Source: Longimicrobiales bacterium (GTDB lineage: Bacteria; Gemmatimonadota; Gemmatimonadetes; Longimicrobiales; Gaopeijiaceae). Taken from it: a DNA stretch of 64,000 bases. Positions 59,721 through 64,000 of the stretch are shown in pieces. The notes under the pieces were generated by a model that was given only the letters and a program-made list of their open reading frames with translations, did not search any database and was not told the DNA's origin. Each line of letters opens with the position of its first letter. Within the stretch, counting starts at the first letter, position 1. Where the stretch lies: contig OZ220702.1 of NCBI GenBank assembly GCA_965116645.1, positions 481,929-545,928 on the forward strand, given 5' to 3'. The position numbers and the translations under genes were made by a program.

Positions 59721-61603
59721 CCGGTACAGATCCGCTTGTGGCACTGGTGGGCCCGCCCAACGCGGGCAAGTCCACCCTCTTCAATACCCTGACCGGGATG
59801 AAGCAGCGGGTCGCCAACTACCCCGGGGTGACCGTCGAGCGCAGGTCCGGCGTAGTCGACGAGCCCGTTGGATCGGTGGAAGTGATCGATCTTCCCGGGG
59901 TGCACGGGCTGTCGCCGCGCAGCCTGGACCAGATGGTGACCCGCGATGTGCTGATGGGCAACCTGGAAGACGGCCGGCAACCGGACGCGATGATTCTGGT
60001 GCTGGACGCCACCCGCCTGCGGTCTCATCTGATGCTGGCGGATCCCGTACTCGGACTGGGGATCCCGGCCCTGATCGTGCTGACGATGGCCGACGAGCTC
60101 GACAGGCGCGACGGCGCGGTGGACCCTGGGGCGCTCGCCGCCGAACTGGGCGTCGAGGTGGCGCTGGTCAACGCGCGCGATCCGTCGACGCTCGTGACCG
60201 TCCGGCGATTCCTCAGCGCGTTGCATACCGGGGGCGAAGAAGTGCGCGCCTGTCCCGCGATCGCGGTGGCGGACGCCGCTGCCGCCGAGCACCACCCGGG
60301 CCGCCCCCTCCCGGTGGTCGACCTCTTCGCCGAGCGGCGCAAGCGGGCGCGTGCGCTGGGCCGTTCGGCCGACTTCCGCGATCCCCGCCCGTCCCGCTTC
60401 ACACAGCGGCTCGACGCGGTGGTGCTGCACAGGTTTTGGGGGCCGCTTCTCTTCGTGGTCGTCGTGGCGCTCGTCTTCGAAGCCATCTTCTCGTGGGCGA
60501 TCCCGCTGATGGACGCCACCGAAACGGCGATCGGGGCGTCGGGGGCGTTCGTCGCCGCGCTACTCCCCGACAGCTGGTTCCGCGCGCTGCTCATCGACGG
60601 GGTGTGGGCGGGGGTGGGATCGGTACTCGTCTTCCTCCCCCAGATCCTCATCCTGTTCTTCTTCATCGCAATGCTGGAGGATTCGGGCTACATGGCGCGC
60701 GCGGCGGTGATCGCCGACCGGGTGATGCACCGGGTCGGGCTGCAGGGGCGGTCGTTCCTGCCGCTCCTGTCGGCCTACGCATGTGCGGTGCCCGCGGTGA
60801 TGGCAGCCCGCACGGTGGAGGACGAGCGCGACCGCATCGCCACGATCTTCGTGGCCCCGTTCATGACCTGCTCGGCGCGGCTTCCCGTCTACGCGCTCCT
60901 CATCGCCGCCTTCATCCCCGCGGGCGCCCTGATCGGTCCGCTGGGCCGGCGCGCGGCAGTACTGATCGGCCTCTACGCGCTCGGACTCGTGGCGGCGCTG
61001 GTCACGGCGGCCATCCTCAAGGGCACGCTGCTGGGCGGCCGCTCCGCGCCCTTCGTGATGGAACTGCCCCCGTATCGCCTGCCCAGCTGGCGCTCGATCA
61101 CAAACCGCCTCCTCGACCGCACGAAGATCTTCCTGCGCCGCGCGGGCAAGATCATTCTGATGGTGACGGTGGTGCTCTGGGTGCTCACCCAGGTGCCGAG
61201 GGCCGCGGGAGGCGGAGCACCCGAGATCGGAACCAGCGCATTGGGGCAGATCGGGCAGGTGATCGAGCCCGTGATCGAGCCGCTGGACTTCGACTGGCGC
61301 ATCGGCATCGGGCTGGTGACCTCACTGGCGGCCAGGGAGGTGATCGTCGGTACCCTGGGCACCATCTACGGTGTCGAGAACGAAGGCGGGGCCGACTTCG
61401 AGCTGCAGGCGGCGTTGCAGCAGGACCTCGACCTGGGTTCCGCGGTGGCCCTCCTGATCTTCTTCGTCTTCGCGCTGCAGTGCATGTCCACGGTGGCGGT
61501 GATGCGCCGCGAGACGGGAGGCTGGCGTTGGCCGGCGATTCAGTTTGCGTACATGCTCGCCCTGGCCTACGCGGGAGCCTGGCTGGCAAACGCCCTTCTG
61601 TGA
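59717..61603 (+). CDS. feoB: ferrous iron transporter FeoB
   Basis: G-domain ALVGPPNAGKSTLFNTLTG, VIDLPGV, and a membrane domain with Gate motifs. TTG 59717 overlaps the feoA stop (TTGA). The upstream part of the 695-aa ORF is not coding. Confidence 0.9.
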   Translation: MTGTDPLVALVGPPNAGKSTLFNTLTGMKQRVANYPGVTVERRSGVVDEPVGSVEVIDLPGVHGLSPRSLDQMVTRDVLMGNLEDGRQPDAMILVLDATRLRSHLMLADPVLGLGIPALIVLTMADELDRRDGAVDPGALAAELGVEVALVNARDPSTLVTVRRFLSALHTGGEEVRACPAIAVADAAAAEHHPGRPLPVVDLFAERRKRARALGRSADFRDPRPSRFTQRLDAVVLHRFWGPLLFVVVVALVFEAIFSWAIPLMDATETAIGASGAFVAALLPDSWFRALLIDGVWAGVGSVLVFLPQILILFFFIAMLEDSGYMARAAVIADRVMHRVGLQGRSFLPLLSAYACAVPAVMAARTVEDERDRIATIFVAPFMTCSARLPVYALLIAAFIPAGALIGPLGRRAAVLIGLYALGLVAALVTAAILKGTLLGGRSAPFVMELPPYRLPSWRSITNRLLDRTKIFLRRAGKIILMVTVVLWVLTQVPRAAGGGAPEIGTSALGQIGQVIEPVIEPLDFDWRIGIGLVTSLAAREVIVGTLGTIYGVENEGGADFELQAALQQDLDLGSAVALLIFFVFALQCMSTVAVMRRETGGWRWPAIQFAYMLALAYAGAWLANALL

Positions 61604-61667
61604 CGGCTGCGGTCGGCGGTGCTTCGCCGCCTTCACTGCGGCGACGTGGGACTTATTTCACGGGCTG

Positions 61668-61889
61668 CTAGCCCTTGAAGCGCCGCACCCTGCCCGTAAC
61701 CTCGACGTCCACCGGGAATCCCCCCGCCCGGCGCGGCAGCCGGGACAGCAGACCCGGGTCGTCCCTCTCCACGTAGATCTTGATGCATGGCCTGCCCCGA
61801 CGCATGCCGATGGCGGTGCCGGCCACACCCTTCATCCCGATGACCCTGCGGGTGACGCGGTCGAGCGCCTCTTCGATTGAGCCGCTCAC
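61668..61889 (-). CDS. stand-alone paralogue of the S1-protease pro-region
   Basis: GMKGVAGTAIGMRRGRPCIKIYVERDDPGLLSRLPRRAGGFPVDVEVTGRV aligns with AMPGVAGTAVGFGPAGLPVVKVYLDHEDVAGIPASLDGHRLVTEVTGPF of the upstream protease. Confidence 0.55.
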   Translation of the reverse strand: MSGSIEEALDRVTRRVIGMKGVAGTAIGMRRGRPCIKIYVERDDPGLLSRLPRRAGGFPVDVEVTGRVRRFKG

Positions 61890-61892
61890 GGG

Positions 61893-63023
61893 TCAGTTGC
61901 CATCGATCCTGATGTCGAAGTGGTCCAACACCAGGCCGATTGGATTGGCGATGGTGCTGTTGTTGCTGCCGGCGAAGAGGAGGCCGACCGGGCGCCGGCT
62001 GTCCGGACCGCTCCCCCCTGCGACGATGAGGGAACCGGAGTCTCCGGGAGCCGAAAACCCGTTGCCCGTGATGACGATCTGGCCGGAGAAGCGCGCCGTG
62101 TTGTCGCGGAAACCGACGTTGAGGGTCGCGTTCAGGCCGCTGATCTTGCCGTGCGTATGACCGGTGGTGCGTCCGTACTTCTGTACCTCCATCCCCAGCT
62201 TCGCGGCCAGAACTTCGCTCCGCGGGGTGCCGTAGCCGTTGGAGGGGGTGCTGTTGCCGAGATTGTCGGTCGTGGTGGCGGCGATGGCGGCGTCGATCTG
62301 GTTGGCGGGACAGACGGGGAAGGGGTTGCAGAAGCGGATGGGCTTGAAGTCGTGCAGCGTGCCTATCGCGTCGGTCGGGTTGACGCCACCGTCGACCGAG
62401 CCGGGCTGCAGGATGTGGTCGCCCAAGTTGGCCTGGTTGCGGTTCGCGTAGACGTGGTTGTTGCTGAGCGCGAAAACGTCGGAGCCGGAGATGACGCGGG
62501 CGCCGATGGTGCCGGCAGTGACGTCCACCTGGCCGGTGGAAACGCCGATCGGCACGGGGCGCGCGAAGGACCGTTTCGGGTCGGTGTCGTCGGCCGCTGC
62601 CTCTTCCGGATTCGCGGGCAAGGGACCCCGCGCCTCGAAGGGACCCGTGACCTCGGTAACGAGGCGGTGACCATCCAGGCTGGCGGGTATCCCGGCCACG
62701 TCCTCGTGGTCCAGATACACCTTCACCACCGGCAGACCGGCCGGGCCGAAGCCCACGGCAGTGCCGGCCACGCCGGGCATGGCCAGCAGTTCCGGGTTGT
62801 GACGCTCCTGCACCGAGATGGCGGCGGCGAGGTCCTGGTAGTCCAGCAGGGCCGGCAGTCCTGCGCCGGCAGGTGCCCCAGCCGGCCAGATCAGGTAGGC
62901 GTCCAGCGCCACCGCTGCCGCCAGCGTCGCGAGGCGCAAGGCACCGCGCCTGCACATGACCGTATGCCGTTCGGTTCGCGCCTTCTGCGGCTCCTTGCCG
63001 CCTCGTGTCCTGGACAGCTTCAT
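61893..63023 (-). CDS. secreted chymotrypsin-fold (S1, alpha-lytic/streptogrisin-like) serine protease with an N-terminal pro-region
   Basis: TAGTIGARV...ALSNNHV (His), QIDAAIA (Asp) and SAPGDSGSLIV (Ser). Signal/anchor ALRLATLAAAVAL. The start is uncertain (63023 or 62957). Confidence 0.75.
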   Translation of the reverse strand: MKLSRTRGGKEPQKARTERHTVMCRRGALRLATLAAAVALDAYLIWPAGAPAGAGLPALLDYQDLAAAISVQERHNPELLAMPGVAGTAVGFGPAGLPVVKVYLDHEDVAGIPASLDGHRLVTEVTGPFEARGPLPANPEEAAADDTDPKRSFARPVPIGVSTGQVDVTAGTIGARVISGSDVFALSNNHVYANRNQANLGDHILQPGSVDGGVNPTDAIGTLHDFKPIRFCNPFPVCPANQIDAAIAATTTDNLGNSTPSNGYGTPRSEVLAAKLGMEVQKYGRTTGHTHGKISGLNATLNVGFRDNTARFSGQIVITGNGFSAPGDSGSLIVAGGSGPDSRRPVGLLFAGSNNSTIANPIGLVLDHFDIRIDGN

Positions 63024-63106
63024 CCCGCTTCGCTCCTCGAACGCCGTACCCGCCTCACGCCACACGCGCGATCCTGACCGGTTCGCGCGGATCGATCATG
63101 CATACC

Positions 63107-64000
63107 TTACCGACGACGCGGCCACAAGGTTTCGTTGTCTGGCAAGAATTCGCCCTGATGCTCCCCGGCGGCCGGAGGAACACGCCGCAGCGTCGCCCGG
63201 CGGCCGTCCCACCGCACCGGCATCGGCACGTCGACATACCCTGCGATGTCCGGGTGGTCGCGCTTCCGGACCATACCGGTGGCGGCGGTCTGGGGATCCT
63301 CCAGCGCCGAAGCCACCGTGTGAATCGGGGCCGCGGGCACCCGGTGGCCGCTGAGAAGGTCCAGCAGGGCATCGACTGCGTGCTCGCGGGTCCGCTCCGC
63401 GATGCGTTCGGCCAGCCGTGCACTGTTCGCAACCCGCGACGCATTGTCCGCGTAGTCGGGAAGGCCGGAGAGGTTGAGCCTCAGAGCAGAGCACAGCCGG
63501 CGGAAGATGTCGTCGTTACCGGCGGCGATCATCACCGCCCCGTCGGTGCAGGGGAACGCCTGGTACGGCGCGATCATGCCGATCGAGGTGCCCATCGGTT
63601 GCGGCAGGACCCCGGTGGCGAGGTAGCCGGTCAGATGATAGGACATCCACGCAAGCGAGGTATCGAGAAGCGAGGTGGTCACATGACAGCCCTGTCCGGT
63701 TCGCTGCCGGTCCGTGAGGGCGGCCATCACGGCGATCGCCGTCCACATCCCCGTGCCGAGGTCCACGATGGACGTTCCCACACGGGCTGGATTGCCGCCG
63801 GGATCGCCGGTCACGGACATCAGCCCGGAGCGCGCCTGCATGAGCGGATCGTATCCGGGGTCGTCCCGCAACGGACCCTCGTTTCCGTAGGCCGTGACCG
63901 ACACGTAGATCACCGCTGGATTGCCCGCCTTCACACGCTCGTATCCGATGCCGAGCCGGTCGGCAGCACCGTGGCGCAACGCCTGGACCACAACATCGGC
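63107..64000 (-). CDS. CaiB/BaiF-family (class III) CoA-transferase; 5' end lies outside the window
   Basis: RLGIGYERVKAGNPAVIYVSVTAYGNEGPLRDDPGYDPLMQARSGLMSVTGDPGGNPARVGTSIVDLGTGM is the class III CoA-transferase core. The frame is open to the right edge. Confidence 0.8.
   Translation of the reverse strand, partial: ADVVVQALRHGAADRLGIGYERVKAGNPAVIYVSVTAYGNEGPLRDDPGYDPLMQARSGLMSVTGDPGGNPARVGTSIVDLGTGMWTAIAVMAALTDRQRTGQGCHVTTSLLDTSLAWMSYHLTGYLATGVLPQPMGTSIGMIAPYQAFPCTDGAVMIAAGNDDIFRRLCSALRLNLSGLPDYADNASRVANSARLAERIAERTREHAVDALLDLLSGHRVPAAPIHTVASALEDPQTAATGMVRKRDHPDIAGYVDVPMPVRWDGRRATLRRVPPAAGEHQGEFLPDNETLWPRRR

Noticed and set aside
1-64000. Search for rRNA, tRNA, tmRNA, integrase, transposase and prophage structural genes.
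   Set aside because: I recognised none by eye. The accessory belt therefore has no identifiable mobility gene within this window. tRNAscan/Infernal and ISfinder searches would be needed to be certain.

Overview
High-GC, gene-dense bacterial chromosomal fragment. I recognised no rRNA, tRNA, CRISPR array, transposase or integrase by eye. Many long ORFs in the track are antisense or out-of-frame artefacts of the GC content. I called genes from recognisable protein motifs, G/C bias at third codon positions, Shine-Dalgarno sequences and ATGA/GTGA start-stop overlaps.

Content, left to right:
- 0-10 kb: SDR fragment, a fused HyuA-HyuB hydantoinase/oxoprolinase, an esterase, a Clp-N protein, a beta-propeller lipoprotein, an odd Cys/Trp/Arg-rich small membrane protein, and a CBM9/DUF5916-type outer-membrane protein.
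- 9.8-11 kb: decayed accessory remnants.
- 11-16 kb: a secreted clan GH-A glycosidase with a large C-terminal beta-rich region, plus a cytoplasmic GH3 beta-glucosidase.
- 16-28 kb: an accessory belt. It holds VapBC, a DUF4143 ATPase, a PAS histidine kinase with a NarL-type regulator, YafQ-DinJ, a DUF6884/HhH-like gene, a peroxiredoxin-like gene with an in-frame TGA in its redox motif, orphan HicB/Phd/HigA antitoxins with toxin remnants, and an Abi_2 gene.
- 28-37.5 kb, minus strand: a tightly overlapping five-gene beta-glucan (laminarin-type) utilisation operon. It encodes two repeat-rich lipoproteins, a ROK regulator, a GH16 enzyme and a GPH symporter.
- 38-64 kb: housekeeping and miscellaneous genes. 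These are a DASS transporter, an ion channel, an exonuclease-BRCT protein, a cytochrome c/copper-monooxygenase-like pair, peptidases, TesB, an amidase, an 11-mer repeat protein, a Zn-metalloprotease, an OmpR-type regulator with glycosyltransferase/PAP2 genes, Csp, YigZ, FeoAB, an S1 protease and a CoA-transferase fragment.

Most interesting observations:
1. The GPH symporter carries a circularly permuted copy of the neighbouring lipoproteins' glycan-binding-like repeat in its periplasmic loop 3-4.
2. An almost identical promoter plus 23-bp palindromic operator precedes both glycan gene clusters.
3. A candidate selenocysteine (UxxC) sits in the peroxiredoxin-like gene.
4. 108-bp direct repeats bracket the Abi_2/HigA cassette.
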